Assembly: GCA_016190625.1 (NCBI GenBank)
Contig: JACPQF010000089.1
Span: 1-61,655 of the forward strand
From: Chloroflexota bacterium
GTDB lineage: Bacteria > Chloroflexota > Dehalococcoidia > JACPQF01
Length of the DNA: 61,655 nucleotides
Reading direction: 5' to 3'
Below, one piece after another: positions 10,207 through 19,663 of this stretch. The notes under the pieces are model-generated. The model did not search any database. It was not told the origin of the DNA and saw only the letters and a list, made by a program, of their open reading frames with translations. A program made the translations under genes and the position numbers. Position 1 is the stretch's first letter. Every line of letters begins with the position of its first letter.

Positions 10207-11680
10207 GCTTTTCCTCTCCCGTGGCCATGTCTTTCACGAGGTAAAGGCCGGGTTCGCTACCGTTATCGGATACTATGACCACCCTCCGTATCCCCCGGCG
10301 GTTGGCGTAGCCCAGATTCGACTTCACCGACCGCCCCCGCGCGTCCACTTCCACCACCTTGCCGTCCCGGCGGAGCGACTCTGCCACCTGCAACGCTCTT
10401 CCCTGAAGGCTGGCATCGGCCGCGATGACGAGGGTATCGGTCGCCGGCGTCCTGCCCTGGAACGGAGTTCTCTTTTCCGCCGCCAGCGCTTCGGCCAGGC
10501 GCTCGAGACCAAAGGCGAAGCCCAGGGCGGGAACGTCCTCTCTGGCCCCCGTAGCCCGCGCCAGACCGTCGTAGCGACCGCCGCCGCAGACCTGCAACCC
10601 CGCCGGCAAATCGGCGTGGTGTATCTCGAACACCATGCCGGTGTAGTAGGCCAGACCCCGGGCCAAGCCGAAATCGACCTCGACCTTCGACTCGTCGCCC
10701 AGGCACTCGACCACAAGATCTACGGCCGTCCTGAGAGCTTCCAGACTGGAGGGATCGAGGTCGAACTGCGCCGTGAGCGCTCGCGCTTTGGCGAAGGCGC
10801 TGGCCGGCGAGCCCTTTATGCGCGCCAGCCGGGCGATGAAGTCGAGGGCGGTGCCGATCCGCTCAGCCTGGTCGCTTCCCCGCAGCTTCTTCATGAATCT
10901 ATCGACGATCTCCTCAGGGTCGCGACTGCCGCCGAACTCGAGGTTCATGCTGGAGAGCAGGCCGCGCACGACCAGCCTCGCCTGGCCCTCGTCGAGGAGG
11001 CCGAGGAGAGACTTCAGCTCGGGGTCTAACTCTTCGGAGCCCAGCAGCCCGAGCTCGCTTAGGCGGAGCTTGACGTTTTCCGTGCCCTTGCTTCTCTTGC
11101 TCAGATCTTCGAGGCTCGACAGCAAGAACGTCCTCACCCTTTCCGACAGGCGAAGATGCTCGAGAAACTGGAGGATCACTCCCACGTGGCCGACCACGAC
11201 CCGGAACCTTTCCAGCCCCAGCGCCTGAAGGGCACGACAGGCGAGCAGCAGAACCTCGGCGTCCGCCGGCGGACCCGAGCCGCCGATGAGCTCGACGCCC
11301 TGCTGGGTGAACTGGCGGTAGCGCGATCGCTGGGGTCGCTCGTAGCGGAAGACCGGCCCCTCGTAGTACCAGCGAAGGGGCAGGGGCAGGCTCTGGCCCC
11401 GCTCGACAAAGAGTCTGATTACCGAAGCGGTAAACTCGGGTCTCAGGCTTACCTGGCGACCGCTCTGGTCGGTAAACGAGTAGAGCTTGGCCACCACGTC
11501 GCTGCCCGACTTACGTGAGAAAAGCTCGGTGTGCTCGAGCACGGGAACCTCGACGCCTTCATAGCCGTAGGATTCATAGCAGCGGGCCAGCGTATCCCGG
11601 AGAAATCGCCTAAGCCGGTGCTGCTCACCTGCGATATCATTCGTGCCCTTGATCCGCTCCACCGCGCCTCTTGCGCTCAT
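10184..11680 (-). CDS. hisS: Histidine-tRNA ligase (HisS; a HisZ-like role is not excluded)
   Basis: LRPEFT, FRYERPQ..RYRQFTQ, RGLAYYTG, GGGRYDGL, GFAFGLERL, C-terminal anticodon-binding domain. Confidence 0.75.
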   Translation of the reverse strand: MSARGAVERIKGTNDIAGEQHRLRRFLRDTLARCYESYGYEGVEVPVLEHTELFSRKSGSDVVAKLYSFTDQSGRQVSLRPEFTASVIRLFVERGQSLPLPLRWYYEGPVFRYERPQRSRYRQFTQQGVELIGGSGPPADAEVLLLACRALQALGLERFRVVVGHVGVILQFLEHLRLSERVRTFLLSSLEDLSKRSKGTENVKLRLSELGLLGSEELDPELKSLLGLLDEGQARLVVRGLLSSMNLEFGGSRDPEEIVDRFMKKLRGSDQAERIGTALDFIARLARIKGSPASAFAKARALTAQFDLDPSSLEALRTAVDLVVECLGDESKVEVDFGLARGLAYYTGMVFEIHHADLPAGLQVCGGGRYDGLARATGAREDVPALGFAFGLERLAEALAAEKRTPFQGRTPATDTLVIAADASLQGRALQVAESLRRDGKVVEVDARGRSVKSNLGYANRRGIRRVVIVSDNGSEPGLYLVKDMATGEEKHVAICPA

Positions 11681-11877
11681 CTGCGTCTTCCTGACCTTAA
11701 GTTAGCGCTATTCTACACTAATGCCCCCACTTCCTTCAACGTTTGTAAATGCCAGGCTTATCGGCTATAATAAACTCGCATTCGCCGCTTGACATCGCTC
11801 GCGAGCCAAGAAAGGATCAGTCTCATCCGTTGTTCTCCCACACGAAACCGCGACTAGCTGCAAGGGTACGGGCGGGC

Positions 11878-13197
11878 ATGGTGCCTTGGGGGCTGTTAGG
11901 CATCGTCGTGCTCGCTCTAATCTCGGTCCTGGCTGCGCCGGCCCGGGCGGAGAGTGATCCGCGAATCTATGTCCTGACGATTCAGGGTGTGATCAATCCA
12001 GTGGCTGCCCGCTACGTCGACCGCGGTCTTAGCACCGCGGCGGCCAACGATGCGAGTCTAGTGGTCATCCGTCTCGATACTCCCGGCGGCATGGATTCCT
12101 CGATGCGGGAGATAGTCCAGAAGATCGTGAACTCCCGCGTTCCCGTGGCGGTATACGTCTCTCCTGCCGGTGGCAGAGCAGCCTCGGCTGGCACTTTCAT
12201 CGTCATGGCAGGTCACATCGCCGTCATGGCGCCCAACACGGCCATCGGCGCCGCCCACCCGGTAAACAGCAAGGGCGAGGACATCCAGGGCAGCATGGGC
12301 GATAAGGTGTTGAACGACGCCGTGGCCTACATCAAGAGCCTGGCGAGCCAAAGAGACCGCAACGCCGAGTGGGCCGAGGCGGCCGTGCGCGGAAGCGTGT
12401 CGTCCACCGAAAGAGAGGCGCAGCGTCTCAACGTAATCGACTTCGTGGCTCCCGACCTCGACACCCTAATTGCCAACGTCGACGGGAAGATGATCCAGCT
12501 AATGACCGGCCCCACGGTGCTCCACACCAAGGGCCTCGAGGTGGTGTACGTCGATCAGAATCTCGTCGAGCGTTTCATGTACCTTATCAGCGACCCCACT
12601 ATTGCCTACCTGCTCATGGCGGTTGCCCTTCTCGGCCTGCTCCTCGAGCTGGCTAGCCCCGGCACAATCGTGCCGGGAGTCGCGGGCGGCCTGGCCTTCG
12701 TGCTAGCGCTGTTCTCCCTGGGCATGCTGCCCATCAACCTGACGGGCGTTCTTCTAATTGTCCTTGCCTTCGTACTCTTCATCGCCGAAATCAAAGTGGT
12801 GAGCCACGGCGTGCTCACGCTGGGCGGGGTGATCGCTCTGGCCGTCGGCTCATTTATGCTAATCGATACCAGCAGCGCCTCTGGCATATCCATCTCTCGT
12901 CCGGTGATCGTCGCCGTGGTAGTGACCATTACGGCCTTCTTCGGTATCGCCGTCAGAGCAGCCGCCCAGTTGCGCCACCGCAAGGCTAGCACGGGGATGG
13001 AGGCCATCGGAGGGAAAATCGGGGTGGCTCGCACCGCCGTGAACCCGACGGGAATGGTGTTTCTCGACGGCGAGCTTTGGACGGCCAGCACAAGCGGAGA
13101 GCCGGTTTCTCCGGGCGACAAGGTCAAGGTCGTGGCTGTAAACGGCCTCACTTTAGAGGTCGTGGGAATACGGCAGGAAGGAGATTCAAATGTCTGA
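11878..13197 (+). CDS. nfeD: NfeD family membrane serine protease
   Basis: LDTPGG, AASAG, IGAAHPV, TM block, C-terminal GELWTA OB-fold; start uncertain. Confidence 0.9.
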   Translation: MVPWGLLGIVVLALISVLAAPARAESDPRIYVLTIQGVINPVAARYVDRGLSTAAANDASLVVIRLDTPGGMDSSMREIVQKIVNSRVPVAVYVSPAGGRAASAGTFIVMAGHIAVMAPNTAIGAAHPVNSKGEDIQGSMGDKVLNDAVAYIKSLASQRDRNAEWAEAAVRGSVSSTEREAQRLNVIDFVAPDLDTLIANVDGKMIQLMTGPTVLHTKGLEVVYVDQNLVERFMYLISDPTIAYLLMAVALLGLLLELASPGTIVPGVAGGLAFVLALFSLGMLPINLTGVLLIVLAFVLFIAEIKVVSHGVLTLGGVIALAVGSFMLIDTSSASGISISRPVIVAVVVTITAFFGIAVRAAAQLRHRKASTGMEAIGGKIGVARTAVNPTGMVFLDGELWTASTSGEPVSPGDKVKVVAVNGLTLEVVGIRQEGDSNV

Positions 13198-13963
13198 GGC
13201 GCTTAACACCGTGGCATGCGTGGTCGGCGTAATAGTCCTGCTGGCCATCCTGTTTCTGGCATCGGCGGTCAAGATTGTTCAGGAATACGAGCGGGGCGTG
13301 ATCTTTCGCCTGGGTCGGCTGGTGGGAGCGCGGGGACCGGGGCTCTTTCTGATCATACCGATCATGGAGCGCATGATGAAGGTGGATCTGCGGACCATCA
13401 CCATGGAGGTGCCCCCTCAGGAGGTGATTACCAAGGACAACGTGACCGTCAAGGTGAATGCCGTGGTGTACTTCCGGGTAGTCGACCCCGAGCGGGCCGT
13501 GGTGAGGGTTCTCGACTACATCAGAGCTACATCCCAGATCGCCCAGACCACCCTCCGGAGCGTCCTCGGCCAGTCGGACCTCGACGAGCTGTTGTCTCAT
13601 CGGGAGGAGATCAACCAGAAGCTCCAGAAGATCATCGACGAACAGACGGAGCCTTGGGGGGTAAAGGTCAGCGTGGTCGAGGTCAAGGACGTGGAGTTGC
13701 CTCAATCCATGCAGAGGGCAATGGCTCGTCAGGCTGAAGCCGAACGGGAGAAGCGGGCCAAGATCATCCACGCCGAGGGCGAGCTCCAGGCGTCCGAGAA
13801 ACTGGCCGAGGCGGCACATGTTCTGGCGACTGAGACCTCAGCCCTCCAACTCAGGTTCCTGCAGACCCTCACCGAGATTTCGGCGGAGAAGAACTCCACC
13901 ATAATCTTCCCCGTGCCGATCGATCTCATGACACCTTTCATAAAGGGCATTGGGAAGGACTAG
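13190..13963 (+). CDS. SPFH/stomatin (slipin) family protein
   Basis: [32 protein letters not shown]; canonical partner of nfeD. Confidence 0.95.
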   Translation: MSEALNTVACVVGVIVLLAILFLASAVKIVQEYERGVIFRLGRLVGARGPGLFLIIPIMERMMKVDLRTITMEVPPQEVITKDNVTVKVNAVVYFRVVDPERAVVRVLDYIRATSQIAQTTLRSVLGQSDLDELLSHREEINQKLQKIIDEQTEPWGVKVSVVEVKDVELPQSMQRAMARQAEAEREKRAKIIHAEGELQASEKLAEAAHVLATETSALQLRFLQTLTEISAEKNSTIIFPVPIDLMTPFIKGIGKD

Positions 13964-14192
13964 GGGCCAGAAAGCTGTAGCGATCCAACAAACGACAAAC
14001 TCCTGGCAGTTGCTTCGCCTCCTCAGCCTGCGTCGAGCAGGCTGAGGAACGATGGAGCCGTGCCGCTAGAGGACTGCGAAGGCGTTTGGGCCGAGGCAGT
14101 GCCAGAAATGGATCTTATTGGCGTCGTAAAAAGACGCGACGGCACAAAACTCTCATTCCCTTTGTGCCTTTGTGTTTTCGTACCCCCGCCCG

Positions 14193-14975
14193 CTAAGCGC
14201 GCAAGGTGACGTCGCCGGCGAGAATCTGCGCCGTGGTGCCGTCGGCGCGCCGGAGCAGCAGCCGGCCATCCTTGTCCACGGCCTCGGCGTAGCCCTCCTC
14301 GATCCGGTCCACACCAGTCACTCTAATCCAGCGACCGATGGTTTCCAGCCTCTCCTGCCACTCGCGCTGGATGGGTTCTCCCCGTCTGACGGCCAGGTAA
14401 TAGGCCTCGAAGTGCTGGAGAAGACTGCGAAGAACTGACAGGCGGGATACCGGCAGGCCGACCTCCGTCATGAGGCTAGTCGCCATCGAGGCGATCTCCG
14501 AAAAGGGGCTGACGTCGAAATTGACGTTCAAGCCTATGCCGACGGTAGTGTACTCCACCGTTTCCCCTCGCACGTCGCTCTCGAGAAGGATGCCGCACAC
14601 CTTCCGCCCGGCGACGAGGACGTCGTTGGGCCATTTTATCTTGGCCGTCAGATTGGTGGTTTCCTCGACGGCGCGCACCACGGCCAGAGAGGCGGCGATG
14701 GTAAGCTTCGGCAGATCGGACAATCGGGGTCGCAGGAGAACCGCCAGCAGGATGCTGGAACCGGGCGGGGCGATCCACGATCTTTGCAGCCGGCCCCTGC
14801 CGGCGATCTGCTCGTCCGCCACCACGATGGCTCCCTCGGGAGCGCCCTCGCGGGCGAGCTGCTTGGCGACCTCCATCGTCGAGCCGATGCAAGGGTAGCA
14901 TGCCACTTGGCGGCCCATGAATCTGGTCGCCAGTCCGCTGGTAATGGAGCTAAAAGTTAGATCGTCGCCGGTCAC
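14193..14975 (-). CDS. birA: Biotin-protein ligase without an N-terminal HTH
   Basis: STM, Q.AGRGRLQRSW, IKWPNDV...RKVCGIL, GIGLNV. Confidence 0.95.
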   Translation of the reverse strand: MTGDDLTFSSITSGLATRFMGRQVACYPCIGSTMEVAKQLAREGAPEGAIVVADEQIAGRGRLQRSWIAPPGSSILLAVLLRPRLSDLPKLTIAASLAVVRAVEETTNLTAKIKWPNDVLVAGRKVCGILLESDVRGETVEYTTVGIGLNVNFDVSPFSEIASMATSLMTEVGLPVSRLSVLRSLLQHFEAYYLAVRRGEPIQREWQERLETIGRWIRVTGVDRIEEGYAEAVDKDGRLLLRRADGTTAQILAGDVTLRA

Positions 14976-15008
14976 CGTCTCAGCAGGTCCCCCCTGTCGG
15001 CGGAGATG

Positions 15009-15044
15009 AAAAAAGCCAGTCCCTCAAAAAGAAGGACTGGCTTT
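15009..15044 (-). terminator. Intrinsic terminator in the birA leader
   Basis: Minus strand aaagccagtccttc-ttttt-gagggactggcttt followed by further T. Confidence 0.75.
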
Positions 15045-15063
15045 CCTTGCCAAGCCCGAAGGC

Positions 15064-15138
15064 TCAGCCCGCGCCTACCTCAGAGGTATCGCGGTGCTCG
15101 TGGACTGGCTTCGAACTTGGGCAATTATCACTTGCCAT
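15064..15138 (-). CDS. Putative 24-aa upstream ORF MASDNCPSSKPVHEHRDTSEVGAG
   Basis: AGGAGG 8 nt before ATG; lies between the promoter and the terminator. Confidence 0.45.
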   Translation of the reverse strand: MASDNCPSSKPVHEHRDTSEVGAG

Positions 15139-15167
15139 CCACATCACCTCCTTTCCTCATCGGCGTG

Positions 15168-15197
15168 ATCATAGCACAAGGCAGGGCCACGTGTCAA
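15168..15197 (-). promoter_or_regulatory. Sigma70-type promoter for the birA leader
   Basis: TTGACA-18-TATGAT with extended -10 TG. Confidence 0.7.
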
Positions 15198-15217
15198 TAG
15201 CAACGCAACTTCAAACG

Positions 15218-16474
15218 TTAGTACAGCACCTTTTCTTCTCTAAGGGCGCTCACCTCGTCCGCGTTTATGCCCAGCAACTCCTGACAAACCCAGTTGGTGT
15301 GCTGGCCGAGGCAGGGGGCAGGGGAGTGGAACTGGCTTGGGGTCCGGGAGAGCTTGAAGGTGTCGCCGTCGTGGACCATACGTCCGGCCTCGGGATGATC
15401 CAGATAGACCCAGTGCTTGCGGGCAGCCAACTGGGGATCCCTATCCAGCGCATCCTCCGCCGTCTGGACGACTCCGGCGGCTACGCCTACCCTCTGGAGG
15501 GTCTCCATAACCTCCTCGGGGGACAGAGAAGTGGTCCATTCTTCAACCAAACGGTTAACGTCGGCTTCCCGGGCGCGTCTGCTCTGGAAGCTGCCGAAAT
15601 CTGAGTCAGTCGCCAGAAGCTCGCGACCCATGGCCCGACATAGGCTCACCCATTCGGCGTCGGTAAACACGGTGACGGCGCACCAGCGGTCATTTCCCTT
15701 GCAGCGATAGACACCATGAGGGCAGGCGCTGGGATGCGTGTTACCGCGGCGACCCTGAACGCGGCCGTTGACGGTGTAGTCGATGATGGCGGTGCCGAGG
15801 ATCTGCGCGGTCGATTCCAACTGGGAGACCTCGATATGTTGTCCCTTGCCGGTTCTCTGGCGGTAGCGAAGGGCGGCGAGCAGGGCGACGGTAGTATGGC
15901 AGGGATTGCAGCTATAGTCGGGGAAGTTGGTGCCGGTGCTGGTAGGCAGATCGTCAGGCATGCCCGTCAGGTGGTCGATGCCGGCGAGCGACGACAAAGC
16001 GTAGCCAAAGCCCATATAGTCCCGTTGGGGCCCGACCAGGCCCAGCATGGGCAGGTCGGCCATGATTATGTCCGGCTTTATCTGTGCGAGATCCTCATAG
16101 GTAAGCTTCCACTTCTCCATGACTCTCGGCGTGAAATTGTCGATCACGATATCGCTGATTCTAACCAATCGTTTGGCTATCTCCCGGCCCCGAGGCAAAT
16201 TGAGGTCGACTTGCAGGCTCAGCTTGTTGTAATTGTAGTTGGCGAAGTAGCCGCTCAGATCGAGGCTGTTAATGGTGGTGGAGGCTGGCAGGCTGATTCC
16301 CGGCGTGCCACCGGCAAAAGGGCCATTCTGGCGAAGGCCATCAGGCTTGGCGTGTGACTCCAGCTTGATTACCTCGGCCCCGAATTGGGCAAAAAATCGG
16401 GTGATAATAGGCCCGGCGGCGTACCAAGAGAAATCGGCAATGCGGATGCCGGCGAAAGGTCGTCCTGGTATCAT
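15218..16474 (-). CDS. Family III (CaiB/BaiF) CoA-transferase, likely catalytic subunit
   Basis: AGP...GAEVIKLE, NYNKLS, DNF; retains Asp in NFPDY. Confidence 0.9.
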   Translation of the reverse strand: MIPGRPFAGIRIADFSWYAAGPIITRFFAQFGAEVIKLESHAKPDGLRQNGPFAGGTPGISLPASTTINSLDLSGYFANYNYNKLSLQVDLNLPRGREIAKRLVRISDIVIDNFTPRVMEKWKLTYEDLAQIKPDIIMADLPMLGLVGPQRDYMGFGYALSSLAGIDHLTGMPDDLPTSTGTNFPDYSCNPCHTTVALLAALRYRQRTGKGQHIEVSQLESTAQILGTAIIDYTVNGRVQGRRGNTHPSACPHGVYRCKGNDRWCAVTVFTDAEWVSLCRAMGRELLATDSDFGSFQSRRAREADVNRLVEEWTTSLSPEEVMETLQRVGVAAGVVQTAEDALDRDPQLAARKHWVYLDHPEAGRMVHDGDTFKLSRTPSQFHSPAPCLGQHTNWVCQELLGINADEVSALREEKVLY

Positions 16475-16482
16475 CTTCCCCC

Positions 16483-17700
16483 CTAGATCACGCCCGCGCC
16501 CTTCAGCGCGATGATTTCTTGTCTCGATAGTCCCAACTGGCCAAAGATCTCCAGATTGTGCTCGCCGATGAGGGGAGCGCGATGGGCGATGCGCCACTCG
16601 ATGTGGCTGAAACGATAGGGAGACCCGGGATACCTGTACTTGGCGCCCAGCTCGGGATGGTCCACTTCGACGAAGAAGTTCCTGGCGTTGAGCTGGGGGC
16701 TCTCCACCAGGTCCTTGGGGGTGTTGATTGGCATGGCGATGGTGTGCCGGGCTTGTAGCCCCTCGATGAGCTCACGCATGGTATGATCGAGGCACCAAGG
16801 GATGATGTGGGCATCCCCTTCGTCGACGTGCTCGCCGCGAAAAGCGCGGCTTAGCCATTCCTCTCCGGCCAGATCGAGCCCGTATCCTTCTTCATTCATC
16901 CAAGCGATCAATGGCTCCCATGCCCTTGCCCCGGACATCAGGGAGACGAAGCCATCCCGACAGGGATACAGGCCGTAACCGGCAGCGCGATGCTCGTGGC
17001 CGGTGCGCTTCCTTATGTGCTTGTTCATTACCCAGAAGGGCGCGGCCGTCTCCATGGACGGGGTGACGGCATCTTGCATGGAGACGTCGATCTGCTGACC
17101 CTCGCCGCCGATATCCCGGCAATGCAGGGCTATAAGGGTCCCCACCACCGCGTGCAGGCTGGCTTGATTGTAGCCCTGAGATCCTCCGGCTTGCACGGGC
17201 GGCTCGCCGGGCGTGCCCGCGAGATACAACTGGCCTCCCATGGCAATGCCGACGAGGTCTGAGGCCTTATAGTCCCGGTACGGTCCCGTCTGCCCGAAAG
17301 GGGTGATCGAGGTCATGATGAGGCCGGGGTTCTCCCGGCCGAGGGCCTCATACCCCAGACCAAGGCCATCCAAATAGCCGGGGGCAAAGGTCTCGATTAT
17401 TACGTCCGCCGTGGCCGCCAGCTTCCGGAAAAGGTCTTTGCCGTCGGCGGTAGTGATGTCGAGGGTTATGCTCTTCTTACTCGTATTGAACTGAAACCAG
17501 TAGAGGCTCTTCTCGGGATGCGGCTCGTCTCCCACAAACGGACCGATTCGCCGACAGGAATCGCCGCCCGGTGGCTCGACCTTGATGACCTCGGCGCCGA
17601 GATCCGCCAGTATCTTCCCACAGTAGATGCCCATCTCGCCTGCGAGATCGAGCACACGAAGATCGCTATAGACCGACTCGGTTGAGGGTTCTGTTGGCAT
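16483..17700 (-). CDS. Family III CoA-transferase, probable non-catalytic partner subunit
   Basis: LADLGAEVIKVEPPGGD, NTSKKSITLD, TPFGQTGPY; SQGYNQAS has no Asp at the expected position. Confidence 0.88.
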   Translation of the reverse strand: MPTEPSTESVYSDLRVLDLAGEMGIYCGKILADLGAEVIKVEPPGGDSCRRIGPFVGDEPHPEKSLYWFQFNTSKKSITLDITTADGKDLFRKLAATADVIIETFAPGYLDGLGLGYEALGRENPGLIMTSITPFGQTGPYRDYKASDLVGIAMGGQLYLAGTPGEPPVQAGGSQGYNQASLHAVVGTLIALHCRDIGGEGQQIDVSMQDAVTPSMETAAPFWVMNKHIRKRTGHEHRAAGYGLYPCRDGFVSLMSGARAWEPLIAWMNEEGYGLDLAGEEWLSRAFRGEHVDEGDAHIIPWCLDHTMRELIEGLQARHTIAMPINTPKDLVESPQLNARNFFVEVDHPELGAKYRYPGSPYRFSHIEWRIAHRAPLIGEHNLEIFGQLGLSRQEIIALKGAGVI

Positions 17701-17727
17701 CTTCAACTCCGCTCCGGGTTCAGATAT

Positions 17728-19389
17728 CTACTTATCCCGCCAAACGTACATCAAGGCGGGCGTTCCGGCGTCAGCGCTTCCCTGGTAATCATTCAAGTAG
17801 GGTGGAACGGCGGTGAAAGAATAAGGCGCAGGCATGGGAATGTCAAACGCGAGGCTCGCTAGCATCCGTTGGATGTCTCGGACTATCTTCACCCTCTCCT
17901 CCTCTTTGAAGCTCTTGCGTTGTTTCTCCAGGAGAACGTCGAGGGCGGGCTCGCTGCCGCGCGGCCAGTTCCGAGCGCCCTTGGTGTGATAGCCAGCGAA
18001 CAGGTACTCGTCTATATCCGTGGAAATGGTCTTGGGACCGACGAACATCTCGAATGTGCCCGCCTTGAGGGCGGCGAGATGAGCGGCGTACTCCTTGCTC
18101 TGCAAGGAAACGTCGACGTTGATCGCCCGCAGTTGCCGGGCGATTATCTCGGCCATATCCACATAGGCCTGTCCATAGGCGGGGGTGGTGTAGAGGGTGG
18201 CCTTGAAGCCATCGGCCAAGCCCGACTCCGCTAGTAGTTGCTTGGCCAGATAGACGTCCGGTCGCCACAACTGCTTGATCTCTCCCTGCGGCAGAGACCA
18301 ACTGTCAAATGCCGGCGGAACCGGCGACCCCCATATGGCCTCGCCCGAATACACGGCATCGATTAGGGCCTGCAAATCGAGGGCGTATTTCACGGCCTGC
18401 CTTACCCGTTTGCTCGTATATGGGGGCTTTTGCGCCTGGAGGATGAGGGAAGCCTGCAGGCTTGGCAGTTCCTTGTCGATCCTTACGCCGGGAATGGCTG
18501 ACTTCACCGACTTAATCTCGGACAGGAGTGGCGACCCGATGTCGAGCTCTCCGGACTGGAAGGCGGCCATGCGGGCTGAGTGGTCAGGTACGTAGATGAA
18601 CTCGAAGCCATCGAGAAACGGAAGTCCCCTCAAGAAGTAGTCCGGGTTTCGCTTGAAAACGGCCCTGACGTTGCGTTCCCAACTGTCGAGAATAAATGGC
18701 CCGGTGCCGATCACGGTCTGCTTCAGGCTACCGAACTTCTCTACCGCCTCTCTCGGGATGATCCATGACGAGTTGTGATGACTCAGATAGTGGAGAAACG
18801 GGGCGTAAGGCTCCTTGATCCTCATCTTGACGGTGTACCGGTCCGGAAGCTCGATCTTGTCGAGCAGAGAGTAGAGCTTGGCATTGGGACTATCCGTAGT
18901 CTTGTCTAGGAGCCTCTCGAAGGTGTATTTCACGTCTTCAGCCGTCAGCTCCCGCCCGTTAACCGGAGGCTTGTCGTGGAACTTGACGCCCTTGCGCAGG
19001 TAGAAAACGTAGGTGATTTCGTCAGCCAACTCCCATACCTCAGCCAAATCGGAAACGAACTTGGTGGAGCCAAAGCGGCGTCCCGGCCCGCTGTCGGGTC
19101 GAATCAGCCGGCTATAGGTGTGCCCGTGGATTACGGCGGCCTCCGGGGAGGTGGAGAGGGTAGGGTCAAGGTGTGGCGGGTCTTGGACGCGTCCGATGCG
19201 CAGGATGCCGCCGGGCTTGGGTTCTCTCTTGGCTCCAGGCGACGGCTCTGATCGCGGCTGCCCCGGCTGGCAGCCCAACGCGTACATCCATGCCAGGCTA
19301 GCGCCGCCCAGAGCGCCAGCGCGAAGGAATCCGCGTCGCGACAGCCGCCGAGAGAAAACGTCCTTCCAATAGTTGCTAGAGTCTCCCAC
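17728..19389 (-). CDS. ABC transporter family 5 substrate-binding protein with Tat/lipoprotein signal
   Basis: SRRGFL Tat motif, LGC, LRKGVKFHD, GTGPF; no permease genes adjacent. Confidence 0.9.
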   Translation of the reverse strand: MGDSSNYWKDVFSRRLSRRGFLRAGALGGASLAWMYALGCQPGQPRSEPSPGAKREPKPGGILRIGRVQDPPHLDPTLSTSPEAAVIHGHTYSRLIRPDSGPGRRFGSTKFVSDLAEVWELADEITYVFYLRKGVKFHDKPPVNGRELTAEDVKYTFERLLDKTTDSPNAKLYSLLDKIELPDRYTVKMRIKEPYAPFLHYLSHHNSSWIIPREAVEKFGSLKQTVIGTGPFILDSWERNVRAVFKRNPDYFLRGLPFLDGFEFIYVPDHSARMAAFQSGELDIGSPLLSEIKSVKSAIPGVRIDKELPSLQASLILQAQKPPYTSKRVRQAVKYALDLQALIDAVYSGEAIWGSPVPPAFDSWSLPQGEIKQLWRPDVYLAKQLLAESGLADGFKATLYTTPAYGQAYVDMAEIIARQLRAINVDVSLQSKEYAAHLAALKAGTFEMFVGPKTISTDIDEYLFAGYHTKGARNWPRGSEPALDVLLEKQRKSFKEEERVKIVRDIQRMLASLAFDIPMPAPYSFTAVPPYLNDYQGSADAGTPALMYVWRDK

Positions 19390-19663
19390 CTATTAGCCTA
19401 ATCGACCTTTCGTATAAACACGGGGTGAGGAGCACGTCCACGGAAGTATAACCAGAACCCAGTTTCCGTGTCAAGAGTTTGGCGGCTTAGGGAACCATCG
19501 GGTGTGACTTGATTGACCATGCCACTGGTGGGACGTATAATAGGGCGAGCCGAAGCTGCCTTGCGCTGTTGGAGGGCACAGAAGAGGGGCATCGCTGCCG
19601 ACAGGCTGTTTCGATCTTGTCCTTTTCGCGATCGATGGCAAGAACGGCAGGGGGTGCAGCCCG

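Noticed and set aside
1614-11029. Long antisense or off-frame ORFs (e.g. 1614-2609, 7771-8730, 9989-11029)
   Set aside because: Shadow ORFs of GC-rich coding strands with no recognisable motifs.
14968-15003. pan RNA motif before birA (GAGACGG)
   Set aside because: Only a short match; better explained as the RBS-to-GTG spacer.
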